A stretch of DNA of 64,000 nucleotides from Minisyncoccota bacterium (GTDB lineage: Bacteria; Patescibacteriota; Minisyncoccia; UBA6257; 2-01-FULL-56-20): NCBI GenBank assembly GCA_035509435.1, contig DATJLR010000002.1, positions 209,677 to 273,676 on the forward strand, written 5' to 3'. Below, piece after piece: positions 28,476 through 37,118 of the stretch. The notes below the pieces were generated by a model. It was not told the origin of the DNA, ran no database searches, and saw only the letters and a program-made list of their open reading frames with translations. A program made the position numbers and the translations under genes. Positions within the stretch are counted from its first letter, which is position 1; each line of letters starts with the position of its first letter.

Positions 28476-29084
28476 ATGATCACCATCAAGGGCGTCATCT
28501 TCGACATCGGCGGCGTGCTTCTCGACTCGGAGAAGTCGTTTGACGGCATATTCGAGGAATTCGCCCGCGCGCTCGGCGTGGATCCGGAGAAGATGGTGGC
28601 GCTCCACAAGCGTTATCTGGACCGGATGCTTTCCGGCAAAATGTCCGCAAAGCAATTTTTCAGCGCCATCAAGAAGGAGTTTCACTTAAAGCGTCGCGAT
28701 ATGGAAAAGGTCTGGCTCGCGATCGCGCTCAAGCATATCAAACTGAACAAGAAGCTGCTCGCGGTGACGGACAAGATGCGCGCGCACTACCGGCTCGCGC
28801 TGCTTTCGAACGTGAGCGAGCCGCGCTCGCTCGTGGACCGCGAGTTCGATCTCTACAGCCACTTCGATCAGGTGTTCCTTTCGTACAAATTGCACATGCA
28901 GAAGCCGTCCAAGCGCACGTTCCGGCACGCGCTCAAAAAAATGCGCCTCAAGACGAACGAAGCGCTCTTTATAGACGACAAGGAGATCAACCTGAACGCC
29001 GCCCGCGCGCTTGGCATCCAGTCCATCCAGTTCAACAACAATGCACAGCTCCTCACGGAACTCGCGCGCCTCGGTTTGGTATAA
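28476..29084 (+). CDS. HAD-superfamily hydrolase
   Basis: Motif I FDIGGVLLD and a C-terminal ALFIDDKEINLNAARALG. Confidence 0.75.
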   Translation: MITIKGVIFDIGGVLLDSEKSFDGIFEEFARALGVDPEKMVALHKRYLDRMLSGKMSAKQFFSAIKKEFHLKRRDMEKVWLAIALKHIKLNKKLLAVTDKMRAHYRLALLSNVSEPRSLVDREFDLYSHFDQVFLSYKLHMQKPSKRTFRHALKKMRLKTNEALFIDDKEINLNAARALGIQSIQFNNNAQLLTELARLGLV

Positions 29085-29147
29085 TTATAGTAAAGGGAAA
29101 AGGTCGAAATAGGGGATAGAAACACGCTATTTTATTTCATCATTACT

Positions 29148-29834
29148 ATGGTTGTACAAAGTTGGACGGATGTGGTGGTAGGGTCCCTCCAGAACCTCTG
29201 GTGGGGAGTTGTCAATTATCTGCCGAACCTGATCGGCGCGCTCGTCGTGCTGGTGATCGGGCTCATCGTCGCGGCAGGACTCGCGGCCCTCGTTGAGAAG
29301 ATCCTTGAAGGGATCCGACTCGACAAGTTCCTTGAACGGATCGGGCTGAAGCCGATATTCGAGCGCGCTGGCATGCGGATCCGCGCGGCATACTTCTTCG
29401 GCAAGCTGGTCTACTGGTTCATCATCGTCGCGTTCCTCGTGGCGATCACGGACAGCCTGCAGCTCTACGCGCTCTCGGCGTTCCTCTCGTCGGTGCTGAA
29501 CTATCTGCCGAACGTGATCGCGGCGGTGCTCATCATGCTCGCGGCGCTCATCCTCGCGCACTTCCTGCGCAAGCTCGTGACGGCGTCGGTGATGGGCGCG
29601 AAGCTCCATTCGGGGCCGTTCCTCGGAACGGTGACGTACTGGGCGATCGCGGTCTTCGGGTTCCTGACGGCGCTCACGCAGCTCAATATCGCGGCGCAGA
29701 TCATCCAGACGATCATCACCGGATTCATCGCGATGCTCGCCCTCGCCGGCGGCCTGGCCTTCGGCCTCGGCGGCAAGGACTACGCGAATCATCTCTTGAA
29801 CCGGCTGAAGGACCGGACGGAGAACCGGTACTAG
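29148..29834 (+). CDS. membrane protein with duplicated conserved TM-helix repeats (MscS-N-terminal-like)
   Basis: Two repeats, NYLPNLIGALVVLVIGLIVA and NYLPNVIAAVLIMLAALILA. Confidence 0.55.
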   Translation: MVVQSWTDVVVGSLQNLWWGVVNYLPNLIGALVVLVIGLIVAAGLAALVEKILEGIRLDKFLERIGLKPIFERAGMRIRAAYFFGKLVYWFIIVAFLVAITDSLQLYALSAFLSSVLNYLPNVIAAVLIMLAALILAHFLRKLVTASVMGAKLHSGPFLGTVTYWAIAVFGFLTALTQLNIAAQIIQTIITGFIAMLALAGGLAFGLGGKDYANHLLNRLKDRTENRY

Positions 29835-29837
29835 AAA

Positions 29838-29906
29838 TAAAAGACCCCTCCTTTTGCGATTGGAATGTCCGCACATAGATCGCAAAAGGAGGGGTCTTTT
29901 ATTTCT
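29838..29906. terminator. bidirectional intrinsic terminator (22-bp stem)
   Basis: TAAAAGACCCCTCCTTTTGCGAT…ATCGCAAAAGGAGGGGTCTTTTATTT. Confidence 0.7.
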
Positions 29907-29933
29907 TGACCTTTTTTCCTTGTTTGATATAAT
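29906..29933 (+). promoter_or_regulatory. sigma70-like promoter for rpsP (TTGACC-N16-TATAAT)
   Basis: The -10 ends 7 nt before the rpsP ATG, implying a leaderless mRNA. Confidence 0.5.
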
Positions 29934-29940
29934 GGAACCC

Positions 29941-30330
29941 ATGTTGGCAATCAAGCTACAACGCATCGGAAAGAAGCACCAGCCGAGCTATCGGGTGGTC
30001 GTTGCCGAGAAGCGCTCAAAGATGCTCGCCCCGCCGGTGGAGGACCTGGGCTCGTACGACCCGCGCACCAAGGCGACGACCGTCAAGAACGAGCGTGTTT
30101 TGCATTGGATCAAGATGGGCGCCCAGCCGACCGTCACCGCGCACAATCTTTTGGTAAAGGAAGGCGCGATCACCGGCGCAAAGCTAGCGGTCAAGATGCC
30201 GAAGGCGGTTTCCAAGGCGGAACAGCCGGCGGTAGAGGAAGCAAAAGCTGAGGCGTCCGCGGAAGCGGCGTCGCCTGCGGAGGAAGCTCCGGCAGCGGAG
30301 GCATCGACAGATGCGGAAGCGGGCGCGTAG
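29941..30330 (+). CDS. rpsP: 30S ribosomal protein S16 with an Ala/Glu-rich C-terminal extension
   Basis: MLAIKLQRIGKKHQPSYRVVVAEKRSK…. Confidence 0.9.
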   Translation: MLAIKLQRIGKKHQPSYRVVVAEKRSKMLAPPVEDLGSYDPRTKATTVKNERVLHWIKMGAQPTVTAHNLLVKEGAITGAKLAVKMPKAVSKAEQPAVEEAKAEASAEAASPAEEAPAAEASTDAEAGA

Positions 30331-30345
30331 CATTTTTCCGTCAGC

Positions 30346-30374
30346 TTGACAGATAATTTAATATACGGTATACT
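30346..30374 (+). promoter_or_regulatory. sigma70-like promoter (TTGACA-N17-TATACT)
   Basis: Consensus hexamers upstream of the KH-domain gene. Confidence 0.5.
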
Positions 30375-30429
30375 TTCCCCATAATTCGGAATTGAAACGT
30401 AACGAAAGGTCGCGAACGAACAGAACACA

Positions 30430-30741
30430 ATGTCGAATTCATCTTCAGCGGACCAGGAGTTTCTCGAGTATCTGGTGAAGTCGCTCGTCGACCATCCGGA
30501 TGATGTGCGCGTCGATCGCAAGGTCGACGAGATGGGCGTCCTGCTCACGCTCCACGTGAACGCGCAGGACATGGGCCAGGTCGTCGGCCGCCAGGGTGCG
30601 ACCGCGAAGGCCATCCGCTCGCTTTTGCGGATCGTCGGCGTCAAGAACAACGCCCGCGTGAACCTCAAGATCGAAGAGCCGGAAGGCGGCACCCGCGCCC
30701 CTCGCGCGGAACAGCCCCAGACGGAAGGAGCGAGCGAGTAA
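30430..30741 (+). CDS. KH-domain RNA-binding protein (UPF0109/YlqC-like)
   Basis: GxxG KH core (VVGRQGATAKAIRSLLRIVG) in the usual position after rpsP. Confidence 0.75.
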   Translation: MSNSSSADQEFLEYLVKSLVDHPDDVRVDRKVDEMGVLLTLHVNAQDMGQVVGRQGATAKAIRSLLRIVGVKNNARVNLKIEEPEGGTRAPRAEQPQTEGASE

Positions 30742-30760
30742 TCATTCTTCTGTTTTTGCA

Positions 30761-30789
30761 AAAATGCCCGCACTCCGGGCATTTTTGTT
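30761..30789. terminator. intrinsic terminator
   Basis: AAAATGCCCG-CACTC-CGGGCATTTTTG. Confidence 0.55.
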
Positions 30790-31107
30790 TAACATAGACT
30801 TAATGCAGTATTCGGTATGCTGTTCTCATGATCATTGACCGGGTTCTTGCATTATTTGATTGGTGCAAGGCGCAGCTATTTTTATGGAATAAAAACTCCC
30901 AGGCATCTTTTAAGGAGGGCGAAATTTGGTGGTGCAGCGTCGGATTAAAAATATGTCCCCGCCATGGGGCGGGGATCATCGGGACTTCCCAAAAATACTT
31001 CATTATTATACTTCCGGGATAATTTCAGTCAAATTTCTTTTAATGATTTTTTAATCTTCTATGAGGGGAGTTGCAAACTTCAATGTTTTTGCTACAATAT
31101 ATCCGAT

Positions 31108-31671
31108 ATGGCACTCGCATATACCGATTTGACCAAAGGCGTTCTCTTCATCATGGACGGCGCGCCGTACGAGGTCGTGGAGACCCATTTTTTGCGCATG
31201 CAGCAGCGCAAGGCCGTCGTGCAGACCAAGATCCGCAACCTCATCACCGGCAAACTTTTGGACCGCAACTTCCAGGCGAGCGACAACTTTGAAGAGGCGG
31301 AAGTGGAGCGCAAGTACGCGATGTTCATCTACGAAAGCAAGGGCCAGTACTGGTTCCACGAGGAGGGCAATCCCAAGAACCGGTTCGCGCTCGATGCCGA
31401 TGTCGTCGGCGGCCAGGGCCGTTTCCTCAAGCCGAACACGAAGGTGACGACGATGGTCTTTGAGGGCAAGGTGATCCAGGTGGAGATCCCGGTCAAGATG
31501 GAGTTCAAAGTGACCGAGGCGCCGCCGTCCATCAAGGGCAACACCGCGCAGGGCGGCACCAAGACGGTGACGATCGAAGGCGGCGCGAAGATCAACGCCC
31601 CGCTCTTCATCAACGAAGGCGACATGATCCGCGTGAACACGCAGACGGGGGATTACGTGGAGCGAGTGTGA
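31108..31671 (+). CDS. efp: elongation factor P
   Basis: EF-P KOW and OB domains (…VVQTKIRNLITGK…KPNTKVTTMVFEGKVIQVEIP…). Start at ATG 31108 after a TACAAT -10. Confidence 0.9.
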   Translation: MALAYTDLTKGVLFIMDGAPYEVVETHFLRMQQRKAVVQTKIRNLITGKLLDRNFQASDNFEEAEVERKYAMFIYESKGQYWFHEEGNPKNRFALDADVVGGQGRFLKPNTKVTTMVFEGKVIQVEIPVKMEFKVTEAPPSIKGNTAQGGTKTVTIEGGAKINAPLFINEGDMIRVNTQTGDYVERV

Positions 31672-31745
31672 TGCGTAATAGAAATACGCGACCCCAATTT
31701 CTAAGGGTCGTGTTCAGTGGAACTTGTCCAGATGTAATAATGCTT

Positions 31746-31907
31746 TCAGTGTGTTTCGAACGTCTGTTTGTCTGACTCTTCCAACATTCCCATTGAAAGG
31801 GTGAAGAGCAAAAAGCCGATCGCTACCGTGACGTGAGAGTGGGAATCGATACCAGATATCAGCATAATTCCTCCGGCGAAACTAAAAATCTCCCACACGC
31901 TTTCCAT
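31746..31907 (-). CDS. small hypothetical membrane peptide (53 aa)
   Basis: MESVWEIFSFAGGIMLISGIDSHSHVTVAIGFLLFTLSMGMLEESDKQTFETH in a low-GC intergenic space. Not in the ORF track. Confidence 0.25.
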   Translation of the reverse strand: MESVWEIFSFAGGIMLISGIDSHSHVTVAIGFLLFTLSMGMLEESDKQTFETH

Positions 31908-31946
31908 CTGATGCCTCCTGCGTATAGAGTATAATAATAAATATAT

Positions 31947-33095
31947 ATGTCAAGAATTGGTCATAAAGTTTTTGTCGGGATGTCGGGCGGGGTGGACAGC
32001 TCCGTCGCGGCGCATTTACTTAAAGAACAGGGTTACAACGTCGTGGGCGTGTTCATGAAGTGCTACAACATCGACGGCTGTGCCGAAGCGGACGCCGAGG
32101 ACGCGCGGCGCGTGGCGGAGCACATCGGTATCCCGTTCTACGTTTGGAATTTCGAGCAAGAGTATAAGGATCGCGTGGTGCAGTATATGATAGAGGGCTA
32201 TCGCGCCGGGATCACGCCGAATCCGGACGTGATGTGCAACCGCGAGATCAAGTTCGGATTGTTTTTGGAAAAGGCGCTCGCGAGCGGCGCGGATTTTGTG
32301 GCGACGGGGCACTATGTGCGGCTGAAGGCAGTCAAGGCGGAAGTTCCGGAAGCCAAGTCGCAGGCTTCGCAGAAATCACAGAATGTGATCTATAAATTAT
32401 ACGAGGCCAGCGACCCGAACAAAGATCAGTCATACTTTTTATGGACGCTCGGCCAGCATCAGCTTGCGCATTGCCTCTTCCCGATCGGCGGCTATAAGAA
32501 GCCGGAGGTGCGTGAGATCGCGCGTCGCGCCGGCCTGCCGACCGCGGAAAAGAAGGATTCGCAGGGGATCTGCTTCCTCGGCAAATTCTCACTGGATGAT
32601 TTCCTTAAGCAATATATTCCCGAGCGGCGCGGCGCGCTCATGACGACCGCGGGCGAGAAGATCGGCGAGCATTCCGGCGCGGAATTCTATACGATCGGCC
32701 AGCGGCATATCGATGCGGACTTTGCGTTCCCGAAAACGGGGCCGACGGGCGGCGCCGGCGCGGCGCGCAAGCCGTTGTATGTGGCGTCAAAGGACTCAAC
32801 GACGAACACGGTGGTGCTTGCCGAGGGAAGCGACGATCCGGCGCTGTACCGCGAAGATGTCGCGCTCGCGCAAATGAATTTTATTTCCGCCACAGCACCG
32901 AGAGCCGGCGAGCGGCTGAGCGTCCGCTCCCGCGTGCGCTATCGCCAACCGCTTTCGGAAGCGGCGCTTTCGCGCCTCGGGGATGGAAATTGCCGGTTGG
33001 AGTTCGCCGTGCCTCAAAAATTCGTGGCACAGGGCCAATCGGCGGTGTTCTACGGAGCGGATGGCGAGATGCTCGGCGGCGGCGTGATCATGTAA
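31947..33095 (+). CDS. mnmA: tRNA-specific 2-thiouridylase MnmA
   Basis: PP-loop VGMSGGVDSSVAA and catalytic Cys motifs. Confidence 0.9.
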   Translation: MSRIGHKVFVGMSGGVDSSVAAHLLKEQGYNVVGVFMKCYNIDGCAEADAEDARRVAEHIGIPFYVWNFEQEYKDRVVQYMIEGYRAGITPNPDVMCNREIKFGLFLEKALASGADFVATGHYVRLKAVKAEVPEAKSQASQKSQNVIYKLYEASDPNKDQSYFLWTLGQHQLAHCLFPIGGYKKPEVREIARRAGLPTAEKKDSQGICFLGKFSLDDFLKQYIPERRGALMTTAGEKIGEHSGAEFYTIGQRHIDADFAFPKTGPTGGAGAARKPLYVASKDSTTNTVVLAEGSDDPALYREDVALAQMNFISATAPRAGERLSVRSRVRYRQPLSEAALSRLGDGNCRLEFAVPQKFVAQGQSAVFYGADGEMLGGGVIM

Positions 33096-33195
33096 TTCAG
33101 CACATTAAATTTTCATTAAAAACTCTTTGACTTGGTGTTGTGGCATGTCCATAATGTATCAACAAAGGTCGTTTTTAAATAAATTTAATGAAGTT

Positions 33196-33375
33196 ATGCC
33201 CATGAGAAAATGCGATCTGTGCGGAAAGGAGGTTGCCTGGAATCATTACATAAAGATAGAGTGGCCGGGGATGCTTTCGCATTACCGGTTTTGCGATGAG
33301 TGCGGCGCCCCGCTTGTGGCATTTTTAGAGAGGAATCAGCTAGCAAACGAAGGGAAAAAGTTAATACATTTTTAA
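33196..33375 (+). CDS. small zinc-ribbon protein (59 aa)
   Basis: CDLCG…CDECG. A TTGACT-N17-CATAAT promoter lies at 33128-33156. Confidence 0.4.
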   Translation: MPMRKCDLCGKEVAWNHYIKIEWPGMLSHYRFCDECGAPLVAFLERNQLANEGKKLIHF

Positions 33376-33398
33376 TCCGCGGTGAGTATGATGGTTCC

Positions 33399-33590
33399 AT
33401 GGAACCATCAGAAAAAGAGAAATTGCTTGAAGAGGTGCGGCTTATCGTCCGTGAGGAAGTGTCGCCTGCGCTCAATATAATCATGACGTATCTTGATACG
33501 CAGTTCGATATTGTCGAAGAGCGCTCTGACCGCCTGTTCGAAGGGGTTGCCGAAGCACTCACGAAGATCGTGGAGCTGCTTGAGCGGTGA
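33399..33590 (+). CDS. small hypothetical protein (64 aa)
   Basis: MEPSEKEKLLEEVRLIVREEV…, likely helical. Start chosen at the internal ATG. Confidence 0.3.
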   Translation: MEPSEKEKLLEEVRLIVREEVSPALNIIMTYLDTQFDIVEERSDRLFEGVAEALTKIVELLER

Positions 33591-33636
33591 TTTTGGCAAT
33601 TGATTGCCCCGGCTTTCGGTGCTAAAATCACCCTAT

Positions 33637-34860
33637 ATGCGCCAATCCGAGCTATTCACGAAGACCGAGCGGAACGCCCCGAAGGACGAGACGACGGTAA
33701 ATGCCCAGCTTTTGGCGCGGGCGGGGTTCGTCTCCAAGCTAATGGCGGGAGTATACAGCTATCTGCCGCTCGGTCTGCGGGTTCTGAGGAATATTGAGGA
33801 AATCGTGCGCGAAGAGATGAACGCCGTCGGCGGCCAGGAAATTTCCATGCCGATCATCCATCCGAAAAGCATCTGGGCGACGACGGGCGGCTGGGATAAG
33901 ATCGACGTGCTTTTTAAAGTAAAGAGCCGCACCGAAAAAGATTATGCGCTCGGCCAGAGCGAGGAAGAGGTGGTAACGCCGCTCGTCATGAAGTACGTGA
34001 ACACGTACAAAGACCTTCCGAAGGCAGTGTACCAGATCAACTGGAAGTTCCGCGACGAGCTGCGCTCCAAATCCGGCCTGCTCCGCGGCGTGGAGTTCCT
34101 GATGAAGGACATGTACAGCTTTCATGCCACGCAGGAGGACTTTGACCGTTTTTACGCGGAGATGAAGAAGGCGTATCTGCGCGTGTATGGCCGGATGGGG
34201 CTTGTGGCGAAGGTCACGGAGGCTTCGGGCGGTGCGTTCACGGAAAAAGCGTCGTACGAATTCATGGTACTGACCGACGCTGGCGAGGATGATATTTTAT
34301 ATTGCGATGCATGTGATTTTTGCGTGAACGTGGAGATCGCAAAAGAAAAAGAGGGGGAGAAATGTCCGCGGTGCGGAAAAGGGAAGCTGGCAAAAGCGCG
34401 CGCGTCGGAGGTGGGAAACGTTTTTGATCTTGGGCAAAAGTTCGCAAAGGATTTCGATGTGACGTACGCCGACAAAGAGGGCAAGCGGCAGTACCCGATC
34501 ATGGGTTGTTTTGGCATCGGCATCTCCCGCGCGATGGGCGTGATCGTGGAAAAATTCCATGATGACGCGGGTATCATCTGGCCGGACAGCGCGGCGCCGT
34601 TCCGGGCCCACGTGATTGCGCTCGGCGGCGCGGATGGCGAGGCGCTCTATGAATCTTTACAAAAAGCGGGCGTCCAAGTACTCTATGACGATAGGGAAGT
34701 TTCCGTGGGTGAAAAGTTCGCGGAGGCCGATCTTATCGGCATTCCGTGGCGCATCGTGCTCAGCCCCAAGCTGGGCGACAAGGTGGAGATCAAGCGCCGG
34801 AGCGAAAAAGAGCCCCGCGTGGTGGACCCGAAAGAAGCGATCGAACTCATTAAAAAATAA
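33637..34860 (+). CDS. proS: proline--tRNA ligase (short form lacking the editing insertion)
   Basis: MRQSELFTKTERNAPKDETTVNAQLLARAGFVSKLMAGVYSYLPLGLRVL… and class II motifs. The TAAAAT -10 sits 10 nt upstream, so the mRNA is probably leaderless. Confidence 0.85.
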   Translation: MRQSELFTKTERNAPKDETTVNAQLLARAGFVSKLMAGVYSYLPLGLRVLRNIEEIVREEMNAVGGQEISMPIIHPKSIWATTGGWDKIDVLFKVKSRTEKDYALGQSEEEVVTPLVMKYVNTYKDLPKAVYQINWKFRDELRSKSGLLRGVEFLMKDMYSFHATQEDFDRFYAEMKKAYLRVYGRMGLVAKVTEASGGAFTEKASYEFMVLTDAGEDDILYCDACDFCVNVEIAKEKEGEKCPRCGKGKLAKARASEVGNVFDLGQKFAKDFDVTYADKEGKRQYPIMGCFGIGISRAMGVIVEKFHDDAGIIWPDSAAPFRAHVIALGGADGEALYESLQKAGVQVLYDDREVSVGEKFAEADLIGIPWRIVLSPKLGDKVEIKRRSEKEPRVVDPKEAIELIKK

Positions 34861-34904
34861 TTAACACAAGTATCTAGGTCTACTAGAACCCAATTACCAG
34901 GCAT

Positions 34905-35948
34905 ATGGCTCTCTTCGACAACGTTTTTAAGGATATCGGCATCGATCTTGGCACGGCGAACTCGCTCATCTATTTAAAGAACAAGGGCATCGTGGTGAAC
35001 GAACCGTCCGTCGCCGCGATCAATACAAAGACCAATCACGTGTTGGCGGTTGGCGATGAGGCGAAGAAGATGCTCGGCCGCGTGCCGCCGCACATCAACG
35101 TCGTGCGTCCGCTCGTGAACGGCGTGATCTCCGACTTTGAAATGACGGAAGAGATGTTGCGCCATCTGCTCAGCCGCCCGAAGGCGAGCCCGATCATGTC
35201 GTATCGCCGCGCGATCCTCGCGATCCCGAACAACCTTACCGAAGTTGAGCGCAAGTCCGTGGAGGACGCCGCGCTGAACGCCGGCTGCTCAAAAGTGTAT
35301 CTCGTGGAATCGCCGACGGCGGCCGCGCTCGGCGCCGGTCTGCCGATCATGTCGCCGTCGGCGAGCATGATCATCGACATCGGCGGCGGCACCACGGACA
35401 TCGCCGTGATCTCGCTCGGCGGCACCGTTGTTTCCCGCACGCTCAAGGTGGCGGGGGACAGGTTCAACGAGGACATCATCCGCTACGTGCGCGACGAGTT
35501 CCATCTGGCGATCGGCGAGCCGACGGCGGAATTCGCCAAGATCGCGGTCGGTTCCGCGATCCCGCTCGACGAACGCATGGAGGTGCCGATCCGCGGCCGC
35601 GATTATTCGAGCGGGCTTCCGCGCGAGATCGGCATGAAGAACAATCATGTGCGCATGGCGCTCGCAAAGTCGCTGCGCCAGATCATCGATTCGGTGCACG
35701 AAGTGATAGAGGAAACTCCGCCGGAGCTCGCGGGCGACGTCCTGCGCCAGGGCATCGTGATGTGCGGCGGCGGCGCGCTCCTGCGCGGCTTCGACGAGCT
35801 GCTTGAAAAAGAGACGGGCGTGACCGTGACGGTGGCGGACGATCCGCTGACGTGCGTGGTGCGCGGCCTCGGGCAGATGGTGGACGACTTTGACGCGCAT
35901 CGCGAGCTGCTCGACAATCCGCTGAAGCCGCTCTCTATAAATCTGTGA
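34905..35948 (+). CDS. mreB: rod shape-determining protein MreB
   Basis: Actin-fold motifs GIDLGTANSLIY and DIGGGTTDIAV. Confidence 0.95.
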   Translation: MALFDNVFKDIGIDLGTANSLIYLKNKGIVVNEPSVAAINTKTNHVLAVGDEAKKMLGRVPPHINVVRPLVNGVISDFEMTEEMLRHLLSRPKASPIMSYRRAILAIPNNLTEVERKSVEDAALNAGCSKVYLVESPTAAALGAGLPIMSPSASMIIDIGGGTTDIAVISLGGTVVSRTLKVAGDRFNEDIIRYVRDEFHLAIGEPTAEFAKIAVGSAIPLDERMEVPIRGRDYSSGLPREIGMKNNHVRMALAKSLRQIIDSVHEVIEETPPELAGDVLRQGIVMCGGGALLRGFDELLEKETGVTVTVADDPLTCVVRGLGQMVDDFDAHRELLDNPLKPLSINL

Positions 35949-35961
35949 TCAGCAAACGGTA

Positions 35962-36669
35962 ATGGGTCGGCAACGCACATCAAACAATCGCTGGATCTCG
36001 GGCGCGCTCATCGTCATCCTCGCCGCCCTTATTTTTTTTGCACCCTCGTACGGTTGGACGTTGCGTTCATGGTTGAGCCCCATAATGGGCGGAACCGCCG
36101 CCTCTGGCGCCGCCCCGTCGCAGGCCGACAGCCAGACGCTTGCCGCGCAAAATGACGCGCTAGAGGCCCAGCTCGCGCAACTGCAGGTCGTGGCGGCAGA
36201 GCTGCCGACATCATCGCCGGACGAGATCCGCGCGATGGTCTACTCGCGGTATCCGATGAATTTCCGGAACGAGCTTTTGGCGAACGCCGGCGCGGACCAG
36301 GGCGTCGCGTCAGGCAGCGCGGTGATGTTCCAGGGCATGCTTGTGGGACAGGTAACCGGGGTGTATGCCGGGTCATCGCTTGTGCAGACTGTCTTTGACA
36401 ACGATCTGAAGATGCCGGTGCGCATCGGGTCCACCGGCGCGAACGGCCTTTTGCAGGGCGGTTCGGATCCCACGATCGGGTCCATCGCGGAAGGTTCCGC
36501 CGTCGCGCCGGGCGACATCGTCTATTCCGCGGCGCCGGGGCTTCCCTACGGCCTGCCCATCGCCACCATAACGGCCACGAGCACCTCTCCCGACAATCTC
36601 TTCGAACAGGCATCGCTTTCTTTCCCGTATGACGTGAACGATGTTGAAACCGTGCTTATCATGAAATAA
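35962..36669 (+). CDS. mreC: rod shape-determining protein MreC
   Basis: N-terminal TM, coiled coil, C-terminal beta domains. Follows mreB. Confidence 0.8.
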   Translation: MGRQRTSNNRWISGALIVILAALIFFAPSYGWTLRSWLSPIMGGTAASGAAPSQADSQTLAAQNDALEAQLAQLQVVAAELPTSSPDEIRAMVYSRYPMNFRNELLANAGADQGVASGSAVMFQGMLVGQVTGVYAGSSLVQTVFDNDLKMPVRIGSTGANGLLQGGSDPTIGSIAEGSAVAPGDIVYSAAPGLPYGLPIATITATSTSPDNLFEQASLSFPYDVNDVETVLIMK

Positions 36670-36670
36670 C

Positions 36671-37108
36671 ATGCGCCTGCGATTCATTCTTGCCATCCTC
36701 ATTTTACTGCTCGCATGCTCGCTCCAGTTCTGGTTCGCGTCCGCGAACGTGTTCGTGAACTTCATCCTCGCCGCGCTCATCGTGTTCGCGTTCTTCTTCG
36801 ACTTTTGGGAGATGCTTGTGTTCGTGCTTTTTGCGGTGTTCGTGGTCAACTGGGCGCCGGCGCCGAGCGTGGACATCGTTGTGTTCGGCCTCATCCCGCT
36901 CGCGGCGTTCGCGTTCCATAAAGCGTTTCGCTGGTCGCGCTGGGCCGGCGCCCCTGTCGCCATCGTCGCCGGATTCCTCCTCCTGTATCTTGCCATCGCC
37001 CCTGCCGCCTTCCTCCCGGGCTGGGAATCGTTCCTGACGGATCTCTTCGGCGGCCTGGTGTTCGGCGCGCTCGTGTTCTTCACGATGGACCGCCTGGCGC
37101 TTCCGTAA
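36671..37108 (+). CDS. mreD: rod shape-determining protein MreD
   Basis: Small polytopic membrane protein after mreC. Confidence 0.7.
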   Translation: MRLRFILAILILLLACSLQFWFASANVFVNFILAALIVFAFFFDFWEMLVFVLFAVFVVNWAPAPSVDIVVFGLIPLAAFAFHKAFRWSRWAGAPVAIVAGFLLLYLAIAPAAFLPGWESFLTDLFGGLVFGALVFFTMDRLALP

Positions 37109-37118
37109 TATCATCATC

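Noticed and set aside
30828-31022. 64-aa ORF in the efp upstream gap
   Set aside because: It has no RBS and lies in an AT-rich spacer. Its composition is not protein-like.
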